Below the pieces are notes generated by a model, which ran no database searches, was not told the origin of the DNA, and saw only the letters and a program-made list of their open reading frames with translations. The translations under genes were made by a program, and so were the position numbers. Shown here one piece after another: positions 22,421 to 31,074 of a stretch of DNA of 64,000 nt (positions are counted from its first letter, which is position 1; every line of letters begins with the position of its first letter). The stretch lies in the NCBI GenBank assembly GCA_963719945.1, contig CAVRDX010000001.1, forward strand, positions 128,001-192,000. The letters run 5' to 3'. This stretch comes from an uncultured Thermoplasmata archaeon (GTDB lineage Archaea; Thermoplasmatota; Thermoplasmata; UBA10834).

Positions 22421-23564
22421 TGTACAAAGGCTCCCCGTCACATACTATGGATCTCAGAGTCTCCTCGTTGAGCTCGACTACTTCAGAGGGTAATGGCGCA
22501 TAGTAGAGACTGTCTGAATACTCCTGTCCATCATGCACCATCCACCACAGGAAATCCACAAGCGCCTTTCCTTTCTGGTTGTCCGCTTGTTCCTTGTATA
22601 CGAGTATGTATGTGAAGCTGGCTATCGGATACGAATCATCTCCAGGTGCATTCAAAATCTCAACGCCGTCCCAGCTCTCATCCCCAGCCGGCAGAGTGGC
22701 CGCGCTTGCTGCAGCGGCTGCAACAGTGGATTCAGTTGACGGAAGCACGAAGAGCCCCTCCAAATTCTGAATGGCTGCGTAATCGATTTCGTTCTCAATC
22801 GCATACGAGAGCTCGAGGTACCCTATGCTGTATGGTGTCGTGGACATCGCGCCTGCGACTCCTCCGTTTCCGGTACCCCCTATGGTCTCAGTTGGCCAGT
22901 CGATGGTCTTCGATGCTCCATATAACTCCATCCAAGTCTCGTTCACCTTCGAAAGATAGGAACTCCAGATGAATGTCGTTCCACTGCCATCCGCTCTCCT
23001 GACTACGGTTATCGGTTCGTCCGGAATGGTCAGGCCAGGGTTGATTGAAGCAATCTCGGGATCGTTCCAGTTCGTGATGTTGAGCATGAATATCCCGGCA
23101 ATCACATCTCCAGTAAGGTTCAGGCCATTGTCCAGCTCGGGAACATTGTATGCACATACCACTGCGCCCAATGTCTCCGGTATGTGAAGTAGTCCAAGAT
23201 CATCCTTGTCGGTCGTGAGCGGAGCATCCGTTCCGGCGAAATCCACGAGATTATCGACTATTCTGCTTATTCCTCCACTGCTTCCAACCCCTTCATAGCT
23301 CACCCTCACAGAGGTCTCATTTTCGTAGACCTGTACCCACTTCGAAATCAATGGAAATGGGAAGGTCGCTCCCGCACCAGATAATGTGACGTTATCATTT
23401 TCATGGGAGTTTAGAATCTGCAGAGCAAAAACCACTCCGATTAGTAGAGCAACGATGGCGGTTGCCATCACCAACTTCATCGGCTTTATTTTTCCGCGAT
23501 TCTTCTGGGCTGCAGCAATTCTTCCACGGACATCAGTTGAATCTTTATTCGTTTCTTCGCTCAT
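22413..23564 (-). CDS. pstS: Phosphate ABC transporter substrate-binding protein
   Basis: GAGATFP, GSSGG, DFAGTD, RADGSGTT and YPIASFTY motifs. Confidence 0.96.
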   Translation of the reverse strand: MSEETNKDSTDVRGRIAAAQKNRGKIKPMKLVMATAIVALLIGVVFALQILNSHENDNVTLSGAGATFPFPLISKWVQVYENETSVRVSYEGVGSSGGISRIVDNLVDFAGTDAPLTTDKDDLGLLHIPETLGAVVCAYNVPELDNGLNLTGDVIAGIFMLNITNWNDPEIASINPGLTIPDEPITVVRRADGSGTTFIWSSYLSKVNETWMELYGASKTIDWPTETIGGTGNGGVAGAMSTTPYSIGYLELSYAIENEIDYAAIQNLEGLFVLPSTESTVAAAAASAATLPAGDESWDGVEILNAPGDDSYPIASFTYILVYKEQADNQKGKALVDFLWWMVHDGQEYSDSLYYAPLPSEVVELNEETLRSIVCDGEPLYNE

Positions 23565-23755
23565 TGTATCACCTGCGGTCTTCTTGCTTTCTCTGTCTCT
23601 TCAATGATCAGCAGGCGACCATTGGCGCTTGAATGTTCAGAGCCTAGATGTCATTGTCAAACTGTGTCAAGCCATCGCATATATAGAAGTATAGTCTCTA
23701 TATAGAAAGCAATAATATCACCTCGTGCCAATGTGTGTATATAGAGTCCAATTAA

Positions 23756-24775
23756 TTGGTGTTGATACCTTTGCAGGAATCTAGGCGAATTCAAAAGACC
23801 GGAGGGTCGACCTACACGATCTCCCTCCCGAAGAGATGGGTGGTGGACTCCGGTCTGAAAAAGGGCGATTTTCTATTAATGACGATAGGCAGTGATGGAT
23901 CACTTTCGATAGATTCTGTTTCTCCCCGAGAGACCGAGAAGTTGACGAAAGAGATATCAGTCGATAGCAAGACTGATCCACGAACATTGCTGAGACAGCT
24001 TATCGGTGCATATGTCACGGGTCATGACGTGATTCATGTGAGATCCAATTCCAGAATTCTCCCTGAGATTAGAAGGGCTGTTCAGGATTTCTCAAGAAGG
24101 GTGATTGGCCCTGAGATTATCGAAGAGAGTTCCAACCATATTGTTGTGCAAGATGTCGCTGACCATGCTGACCTGGCCATGCGGAAGGTCGTCCGCCGAA
24201 TGCACCTGATGGTGAAGAACATGTTCGAGGAGGCAGTGAGGGCAGTCGATAGTATGGACGTCACTCTTGCTGATGAGGTCATCGCAAGGGATGATGAGGT
24301 TGATCGACTTCATTGGTTCGTGGAGAAACAGCATGCGACTATCCGTCGTAATGTATCATTTGCGGTCAAGATGAAGATGAGCTGGTTGGAGTCCGACGTA
24401 CTGCTTTCCACGGCGAAATCGTTAGAGAGGATAGCGGACCACGCTGTTCGAGTCGCGCACAGCGTTCGATTGCTCAAGACATCGAAGGTGGATCGCGTGG
24501 TGATATCAGACCTCGAGCGATTGAGTAGTGGTGCGGTCTCAATCCTCGATGACAGTATCGAAGCCTTGTTCAAGAGCGATTCTATCCTTGCCAACAAGTG
24601 TCTGGATCGGTCATCCAGTCTTCAAGACGAGATAAACAAGTTCCTTGAGGGTGCGATGACCCGACGGGGGAAGGTTGCAGTCGGGCTGGCATTTGCAGCT
24701 GAGAGTGTATCACGAGCTTGTGGGTATTCATCGGATATCGCAGAGACTGCTATCAACCTCGCAGAAGGGCAATAA
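23756..24775 (+). CDS. Archaeal phosphate uptake regulator (AbrB-like N-terminus plus PhoU domains)
   Basis: RRIQKTGGSTYTISLPKRW, DDEVDRLH and LERIADHA motifs; divergent from pstS. Confidence 0.92.
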   Translation: MVLIPLQESRRIQKTGGSTYTISLPKRWVVDSGLKKGDFLLMTIGSDGSLSIDSVSPRETEKLTKEISVDSKTDPRTLLRQLIGAYVTGHDVIHVRSNSRILPEIRRAVQDFSRRVIGPEIIEESSNHIVVQDVADHADLAMRKVVRRMHLMVKNMFEEAVRAVDSMDVTLADEVIARDDEVDRLHWFVEKQHATIRRNVSFAVKMKMSWLESDVLLSTAKSLERIADHAVRVAHSVRLLKTSKVDRVVISDLERLSSGAVSILDDSIEALFKSDSILANKCLDRSSSLQDEINKFLEGAMTRRGKVAVGLAFAAESVSRACGYSSDIAETAINLAEGQ

Positions 24776-24920
24776 TCATCAGCAACTTTCCTGTCTTCGC
24801 TTCACATTTTGATCCCTATGTAACGCCAGCTCTCATCTCTGCAGATTCGACCCTGATGACTGAGGCTGTTTCTAATGGCAGTTCTCTACAGCGCAATGAA
24901 TCGGCTTTATCGTTCATTTC

Positions 24921-25032
24921 TTTACAATCAAAGAAATCGATGAATTCATGATTCGCAATTAGCTTTGAAGATTATAGCTGGCAGTTTTAATTGGGGGTAA
25001 ATTCCGGGCTATAATCCGGGCCCTCGCACATT
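24921..25032 (+). repeat. Cassette repeat R5
   Basis: 112 bp with intact core. Confidence 0.95.
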
Positions 25033-25231
25033 TTAATATTTGCGAAAAGATTTACGTTCATGCAGATGCCGGATCGAGAGCAAGCCCGTATCGGCATCAT
25101 TCGGTGCCCCCGAAGTGATTATATTCAGCAATTATATCTCATCACTGCTGAGCGTCGGAGAGGCCTTTCAACATTGGGATTGGAATCATGGATGAGTCGC
25201 TCTTATCGTTCTAAGTAGGCCAACTGGTGAA

Positions 25232-25786
25232 ATGATGGATTTCGTCACGGTGATTCTAATTGCGATTGGGCTATCCATGGATGCTTTTGCAGTTTCAATT
25301 GCCAAAGGAATATCTGTAAATAAGAACAGAAGAAGATCCGCAATCCTATTGGCTTCTCTTTTTGGAGGGTTTCAAGCGCTGATGCCCGTAATCGGTTGGT
25401 TTGCAGGTCTGGGCCTAAGGGACATAATCATGGGAGTCGACCATTGGATTGCATTTGGGCTACTCGGGCTCATTGGCGCAAAGATGATCTACGACTCAAC
25501 GAACGGTGAAGATGGTAAGGAGGAAGATGTTACAATATTCGCGGCACTCGTCCTCGCAGTTGCGACCAGCATCGATGCTTTGATGGTTGGTCTCAGTTTC
25601 GCATTCTTGGAGACACCTATCTTGATCCCCGTCCTGATCATTGGAGCAGTAACCTTTGTGCTATCTTATCTGGGATTCATATTCGGCTCAAGGATGGGAA
25701 GCATCTTCGGCAAGAAGGTAAAGATTCTTGGCGGCCTTATCCTCATATTAATCGGGATACGGATCTTGATAGAGCACTTACTATAG
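25232..25786 (+). CDS. mntP: Manganese efflux pump MntP (cassette 6)
   Basis: GLSMDAFAVS, FQALMP, DHWIAF and ATSIDAL motifs. Confidence 0.95.
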   Translation: MMDFVTVILIAIGLSMDAFAVSIAKGISVNKNRRRSAILLASLFGGFQALMPVIGWFAGLGLRDIIMGVDHWIAFGLLGLIGAKMIYDSTNGEDGKEEDVTIFAALVLAVATSIDALMVGLSFAFLETPILIPVLIIGAVTFVLSYLGFIFGSRMGSIFGKKVKILGGLILILIGIRILIEHLL

Positions 25787-25889
25787 ACAACCGGGAGTTC
25801 AAGGGCTACATCCATTGTCATCGATTGATTGATATTGATCGTGGGGGTCGAATCCCATCAACATTGCCCCTTGATGACTGGTTCATTTC

Positions 25890-26001
25890 TTTACCATCAA
25901 AGAATTCGGAGAATTCAAGAACCACATTTGGCATTGAAGATTATAGCTGACAGTTTTAATTGGGGGTAAATTCCGGGCTATAATCCGGGCCCTCGCACAT
26001 T
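25890..26001 (+). repeat. Cassette repeat R6
   Basis: 112 bp with intact core. Confidence 0.95.
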
Positions 26002-26054
26002 TTAATAATCTGGCGTGAATTAATGTGTGGGTGTTGTCTGCTCCGAATGCTTTA

Positions 26055-27437
26055 CTACCTCTTTCCTCCAATCGATTCTTGCGTCGAGAGGAGGAGTCTC
26101 CACAGAGGAAAAAGGGTGATAGCGACATCGCCCAACTCCATGGTCCCCTCTCTGTCTTTCGTGACAAGGTAGGCTTTGTTGCAGCCATGCACTTCACAGA
26201 ACCTCGCAAGTCCCTTCGCGTCAGATTTGTAGATGCTGGTCTGGTACTTGAGTTCGATTGGAACAGGACCGTGTCTTGATGGCAGCACTATGTCAACCTC
26301 GTTCCCCTGCGGGTCTCTCCAGAAGAAGACCTGTGACGTCCTTGAGAGGTGGTTGTACGCGGCGGTTTCCGCCAACCTTCCGAGTTCCTGACTTCCAGTC
26401 ATATCATCCAGTCCAAGAAGGGCACTGATCAATCCAGTGTCCGTGAGATATGCCCGTTTCGAGGATCGCGCCTGTTTGACCATGCTCTTGGTGTAGTTGT
26501 AGCAGGTCGAGAAGAGCATCGCCCGCTCCAGGATAGAAAGGTACTTCGAGGCCGTTTGTGCCTTCATTCCTATGTCCGGTGCGATGTTGGCGATCTCGAA
26601 CATTTGAGAACTCATGGAGGCGAGTATCTTCAGGAGGTGCATCATGCTCGCAGGGTTCGCGATGCTCTCAGTCTCGGGAAGGTCGTGATACACCACTCTG
26701 TCCAAGACGGATTGCCGGATGTATCTGTGTACCTTTGTGATGGGTTGCATGCCGACCGTCTCCGGATATCCCCCTCTGACCAGGTAGTTGGTCAATGCGT
26801 TCGTGACCTCGTTCTGAATGAGCATGAATGACTCCGGGACCGGAGCGCCCGACCCTATGGGTGGGATTCGTGGCACCTCAATCCCTTTGAACGCCAGATA
26901 TTCTCGGAAAGACAAAGTCGGAATGGTGATATCGAACGCCCTTCCCGCAAGGCTCTCGCCCATGCCCTTCCTCAACCCGAGCGACGACGATCCTGATGCG
27001 AATATCTTCACGTTCGGTTTCGTCTCATAGATGCGCTTGAGGATGGTAGGCCATTCATTAATGAACTGTATCTCGTCGAGGAACAGGAATACCGGGTTCT
27101 TCTTCGAAGGCTTGGTTGGAACTACGTTCTCAAGGAAGTATGATACGACATCCTCGAGGATTGTGTGTTCCCTCGATAGGACTTCGTCAAAGGAGAAGTA
27201 CATAGTGTTCTTGGAATTGACGCCCCTGTCGAGCAAATCCTGCATCGTCTTGGTGATTGCCGTGGTCTTCCCCGACCTCCTCGGCCCCGTGACAAGGACA
27301 ATCTGTCGGTCATCGGCGAAGCTTGTCAACTCCTCAATCGATTCCCTCTGGATGATTTCTTCAACGTGCTCAGCGAGGGATTCACCTCTCCACTGTGGAT
27401 TCGAGATCACTATCTGTCTCACGAGCCTTTCGTTCAC
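26055..27437 (-). CDS. AAA_14 ATPase with DUF4143/PD-(D/E)xK C-terminus (cassette 7)
   Basis: GPRRSGKT, FLDEIQ, SGSS, GGYP and EVDIV...PIELK motifs. Start uncertain (27437 or 27476). Confidence 0.9.
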   Translation of the reverse strand: MNERLVRQIVISNPQWRGESLAEHVEEIIQRESIEELTSFADDRQIVLVTGPRRSGKTTAITKTMQDLLDRGVNSKNTMYFSFDEVLSREHTILEDVVSYFLENVVPTKPSKKNPVFLFLDEIQFINEWPTILKRIYETKPNVKIFASGSSSLGLRKGMGESLAGRAFDITIPTLSFREYLAFKGIEVPRIPPIGSGAPVPESFMLIQNEVTNALTNYLVRGGYPETVGMQPITKVHRYIRQSVLDRVVYHDLPETESIANPASMMHLLKILASMSSQMFEIANIAPDIGMKAQTASKYLSILERAMLFSTCYNYTKSMVKQARSSKRAYLTDTGLISALLGLDDMTGSQELGRLAETAAYNHLSRTSQVFFWRDPQGNEVDIVLPSRHGPVPIELKYQTSIYKSDAKGLARFCEVHGCNKAYLVTKDREGTMELGDVAITLFPLWRLLLSTQESIGGKR

Positions 27438-27628
27438 GGTGAATCGATATAATTGTGAGTTTATAATGATTTCCAATATATCTAAATGTGTTATTGGGCT
27501 TCAACTGCTCCACAGACAGCACCTGCAACGCTACCAGCTCGACCCTTAGTTCGGCAGCCGATCTCGCTGGCGATGCCCTCGAGATCGCCGAGACAGCGGT
27601 CGACACTGTCGAGAAGCTCGCCTCGTTT

Positions 27629-27740
27629 TTTACCATCAAATAATTCGGAGAATTCACGGATCGCATTCGGTTTTGAAGATTATAGCTGGCAGTTTTAATT
27701 AGGGGTAAATTCCGGGCTATAATCCGGGCCCTCGCACATT
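27629..27740 (+). repeat. Cassette repeat R7
   Basis: 112 bp with intact core. Confidence 0.95.
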
Positions 27741-27764
27741 ATTATTCATAATGATGGATGATTG

Positions 27765-28625
27765 TCAAGTTGTTCGATGGCTCGCTGCACCGTGTGCTCG
27801 CTTGGGTGATTTGATCCGATGGGGTCGCACCTTTCTGTCGACCACTATCTGATTGTTCTTTTCGAGATAGTCTAGGCACTCTCTGATAAATGCAGGGGTT
27901 TCCCTCAATTCGGTTGAGAGTCCATCGACCGAGTTCATCCCCTTGTCAATTAGTGTGAGCAACCGCTGGGCACCCATCTTCAATTCCGCTCTTGTCTTCA
28001 GTGCTCGTTTCCAGGGGACTTTCACACCGTATCTCCTTTCCATCTCATCGAGCTTCGTGAGAAGGAACGCCTCCCAGATGCTGCTCTTTCTCAGCCCTTC
28101 GGGATCAGTCTGATTATCGCACTCCTCTAGGATGATATCGCGGCTCAATCCTTTTCTGAACAACGCGATCATGTCGTCAAGGTCTCTTGATCTCTCAGTT
28201 ACGCTCTTGAGCAGGAATATATCTTCTCGCGAACAAATATACAGAACAAGTTCTCCCCATTCGTCAACCCGCTCTGCTCTTCGAATCATCCCTTCGGAGA
28301 GCCTTAGTTTGTTACAGATCCTTTCGGCGAAGATGTCGGCTCGCACCCCTCCTGAAGCGGACAATATTGTCGCGTCTACAAGTGCGTGACATTCCTGTGG
28401 ATGCCTGGTATTGACATCGAATCCTAGCGATTCGAAAGCTCTCTTGAGTTCCTGCGCTTCAAGCGATGATCGCACTATCAGATCCAAGTCCTTGGTAGCA
28501 TCCTTCTCGCCTCTGAGAGCCATTGCTCCACCTCCCACCAAGTAGACTTGGATTCTCATGCTACAGATATTCCCGACCTTCTCCATTATTGAAAGGACCT
28601 CTGATTTGCTGATTTGGGCCGGCAT
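27765..28625 (-). CDS. Nucleotidyltransferase (DUF6036/AbiEii-like), second copy (cassette 8)
   Basis: Protein identical to 14349-15209. Confidence 0.8.
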   Translation of the reverse strand: MPAQISKSEVLSIMEKVGNICSMRIQVYLVGGGAMALRGEKDATKDLDLIVRSSLEAQELKRAFESLGFDVNTRHPQECHALVDATILSASGGVRADIFAERICNKLRLSEGMIRRAERVDEWGELVLYICSREDIFLLKSVTERSRDLDDMIALFRKGLSRDIILEECDNQTDPEGLRKSSIWEAFLLTKLDEMERRYGVKVPWKRALKTRAELKMGAQRLLTLIDKGMNSVDGLSTELRETPAFIRECLDYLEKNNQIVVDRKVRPHRIKSPKRAHGAASHRTT

Positions 28626-28628
28626 CGT

Positions 28629-29549
28629 TCACTTCACCCCATATTGTATTCGTAATTCCTGCATATCCGACCTGCTAGGGAATAGCAGGTTCTCGACGTC
28701 TTCACCATCGAGGTATTTTATCATCAGTTCGGATAGTTCCCCCACCCCCATCGCATCTCCTTGTCTACGTAGGTATCCTGACCTGTAGCCACTCTTGAAC
28801 AGGAAGAGCAAGCTGTATGCGATGCCTCTTGAGCTGCTTGGATCTATCAGGATGTTGTGGAGGGCGATATCCTCTGGTTTCAGACTCGGTCGCCAGTATG
28901 CATAGTGGTAATACTTCGTATCCGAAATGAACTGAAGTCCGCGTTGCGACATTGCTGTTACCCCAGTGCTGCGAATTCCAGATGTGTCTTTCAACTCTCT
29001 GGACGCGAATATAAACTGAAGCCCTTCGCACCAGAGTATCCTCCCTGCCGAGGTGATGTCATCGAGGACCGCGGCGCACGCTCCTCTGGAGAAGTCCTGT
29101 AGAAATCGTGTTAGTATCTTGTCTGATTGAGGAATCGAAATCACATCGCCATCCTGGGCAACTGCTGCAAATCCTTTCAATGCCCAGACGATTCTGCGAA
29201 CAGATTCTGGAGCAAGTCGCGTTTCAGTTGCGATTCTTCCGAGCGTCTTTTGATTACTGGAGGCCGAGAGCATGACGAGGAGCCTGGAACCAATCAGTGG
29301 TTCGATTGCACGAGAATTTCCTTCTAGATATGTTGCCAGTGCTTTTGAGTGACCATGCGAGTTTATGAAGATTATATTGATCTTCCCATCTCTCCGACTT
29401 GTCACAAGCTTCTTTGACGATAGAGACTGGATTATTCTGTAGATTGAGATATTCGATAGGCCCGTATCTTCTATTAATGCAGCTGCTGATACATGACCAT
29501 CGCATACTGACTTGAATACTCGGAGTTCATTCTTGTTTAGAATATACAT
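28629..29549 (-). CDS. Winged-HTH protein, second copy (cassette 8)
   Basis: Three amino-acid differences from 15213-16133 (E/D, S/N, V/A). Confidence 0.7.
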   Translation of the reverse strand: MYILNKNELRVFKSVCDGHVSAAALIEDTGLSNISIYRIIQSLSSKKLVTSRRDGKINIIFINSHGHSKALATYLEGNSRAIEPLIGSRLLVMLSASSNQKTLGRIATETRLAPESVRRIVWALKGFAAVAQDGDVISIPQSDKILTRFLQDFSRGACAAVLDDITSAGRILWCEGLQFIFASRELKDTSGIRSTGVTAMSQRGLQFISDTKYYHYAYWRPSLKPEDIALHNILIDPSSSRGIAYSLLFLFKSGYRSGYLRRQGDAMGVGELSELMIKYLDGEDVENLLFPSRSDMQELRIQYGVK

Positions 29550-29746
29550 TGTGTGCAATAATTGATTGTTCATATATATAGAATTTATCAATATTGACAC
29601 AAATGTTGCGGTTCAATGAATATCAAAGCGTCGTGATATCCCTTCATCTTCTGCCGCTAGAGTACCAGGGTAGCAATCATCAAGGTCCATTCCATTTTGA
29701 ACTCAGCTTGACAATATGACCCTGGAATAATCTGATATCCTATTTC

Positions 29747-29858
29747 TTTGCCATCAAAAAATTCGGAGAAATCAAGGATCGCATTTGGCTTCGAAGATTC
29801 TAGCTGGCAGTTTTAATTAGGGGTAAATTCCGGGTCATAATCCGGGCCCTCACACATT
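29747..29858 (+). repeat. Cassette repeat R8 (one core substitution)
   Basis: Arm identical to R3; core reads CCCTCACACATT. Confidence 0.93.
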
Positions 29859-29996
29859 TCAATTCTTGATTCCAAATATCCATTGTGGCACCGTCTATGC
29901 CATCATCTTCTATCCTCCGTTCAAGGGTGCTTTCTCCTACCCTTACATATTGCATGCATTAGAAAACTATATGCATATGTAAGGGTATGAGATGTC

Positions 29997-30893
29997 ATGG
30001 TCGTCATTAGGAAGAAGACGGTCGATGGTCGGGAGTACTTTTATCTCCAGCACACTATCAGAACTCCCTCGGGCGTTCAAACCCGTGAGAAGTATCTTGG
30101 AGCGAAATTGCCTCACGATGTCGAGGCTTCAAAGAGGGACTTCCTTACAGAGATTTACAGAGAGCGATGGTATCCACTTCTGGATCAGGTTCGTTCGAAC
30201 TACCAGAAGGAGAAGCGTGCACTACCACCTAGCACCCTCCAGAAGCGTGATCGCCAATTCTCAATCAAGTTCACATATGATACGAATCGCATCGAAGGTT
30301 CGAGACTCACTTATCGTGAAACGGCTGATTTGCTCGAGAGAGGACTGAGTCCAAGCCAGAAACCGATTGAGGACATCAAGGAAGCCGAGGCCCACGACAG
30401 AGTCTTCCGGGAAGCGCTGCGATACAAGAAAGACCTGTCACTGCAGACGATCTTGATGTGGCACAAGAAGCTGTTCGAGGAGACGAAGCCAGATATAGCA
30501 GGGAGAGTCAGGACTTACCAGGTGGCAATCTCTGGGAGCCGATTCATGCCTCCTAGCCCCGTCGAAATCCAACCATTGCTCAGAGAATTCTTCCGATGGT
30601 ATAATCGGAACAAACCTTCCATGCACCCAGCCGAGTTGGCTGCTGGAGTTCATCTGAGATTCGTGACAATACATCCGTTTGCCGATGGAAACGGCAGGAT
30701 GAGCCGTCTCCTAATGAACTTCGTATTGCATCGAAACGGATATCCTCCTCTGAATATTCCGTATGAGGGTCGTCGGGGCTACTACAATGCGCTTGAGCGG
30801 TCCCAGGTGAAGGAGAGCGACAGCACCTTCATTCAGTGGTTCTTCAAGAGGTATCTCAAGGAATACTCAACATACACCATGACCACGAAGTGA
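29997..30893 (+). CDS. Fic-family protein (cassette 9)
   Basis: HPFADGNGRMSR catalytic motif; TNRIEGS inhibitory motif. Confidence 0.93.
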   Translation: MVVIRKKTVDGREYFYLQHTIRTPSGVQTREKYLGAKLPHDVEASKRDFLTEIYRERWYPLLDQVRSNYQKEKRALPPSTLQKRDRQFSIKFTYDTNRIEGSRLTYRETADLLERGLSPSQKPIEDIKEAEAHDRVFREALRYKKDLSLQTILMWHKKLFEETKPDIAGRVRTYQVAISGSRFMPPSPVEIQPLLREFFRWYNRNKPSMHPAELAAGVHLRFVTIHPFADGNGRMSRLLMNFVLHRNGYPPLNIPYEGRRGYYNALERSQVKESDSTFIQWFFKRYLKEYSTYTMTTK

Positions 30894-30910
30894 TTTCTTC
30901 AGGACCGTTT

Positions 30911-30997
30911 CTTACCATCAAAAGAATTCAAGAATCACATTTAGCTTTGAAGAATATAGTTGGCAGTTTCAATTAGGGGTAAATTCCAGGCCAATCC
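30911..30997 (+). repeat. Degenerate cassette repeat R9 (internal deletion, core mostly lost)
   Basis: CTTACCATCAAAAGAATTCAAGAATCACATTTAGCTTTGAAGAATATAGTTGGCAGTTTCAATTAGGGGTAAATTCCAGGCCAATCC. Confidence 0.88.
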
Positions 30998-31074
30998 CTG
31001 GAACGTCAAGGGCCTTCAATTCGTCTCAGTGTGAGATGTGAAGTCATTCTAGATGGCGATGCTCTTCGGTCTGT

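Noticed and set aside
25040-25231. yybP-ykoY Mn riboswitch upstream of mntP
   Set aside because: A hairpin (GATGCCG...CGGCATC) is present but I could not find the conserved riboswitch motifs.
12446-29858. Repeats as a CRISPR array
   Set aside because: Repeats are ~112 bp, separated by 0.9-7.4 kb of whole genes, and no cas operon is present.
12446-29858. Repeats as classical integron attC sites
   Set aside because: No RYYYAAC...GTTRRRY ends and no intI seen; cores are tRNA-derived and cargo lies in both orientations. A covariance-model search is still needed to exclude this formally.
27721-29858. Duplicate cassette as an assembly artefact
   Set aside because: Copies differ by scattered substitutions, have distinct flanks and break at the cores. 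Unlikely, but only reads can exclude it.
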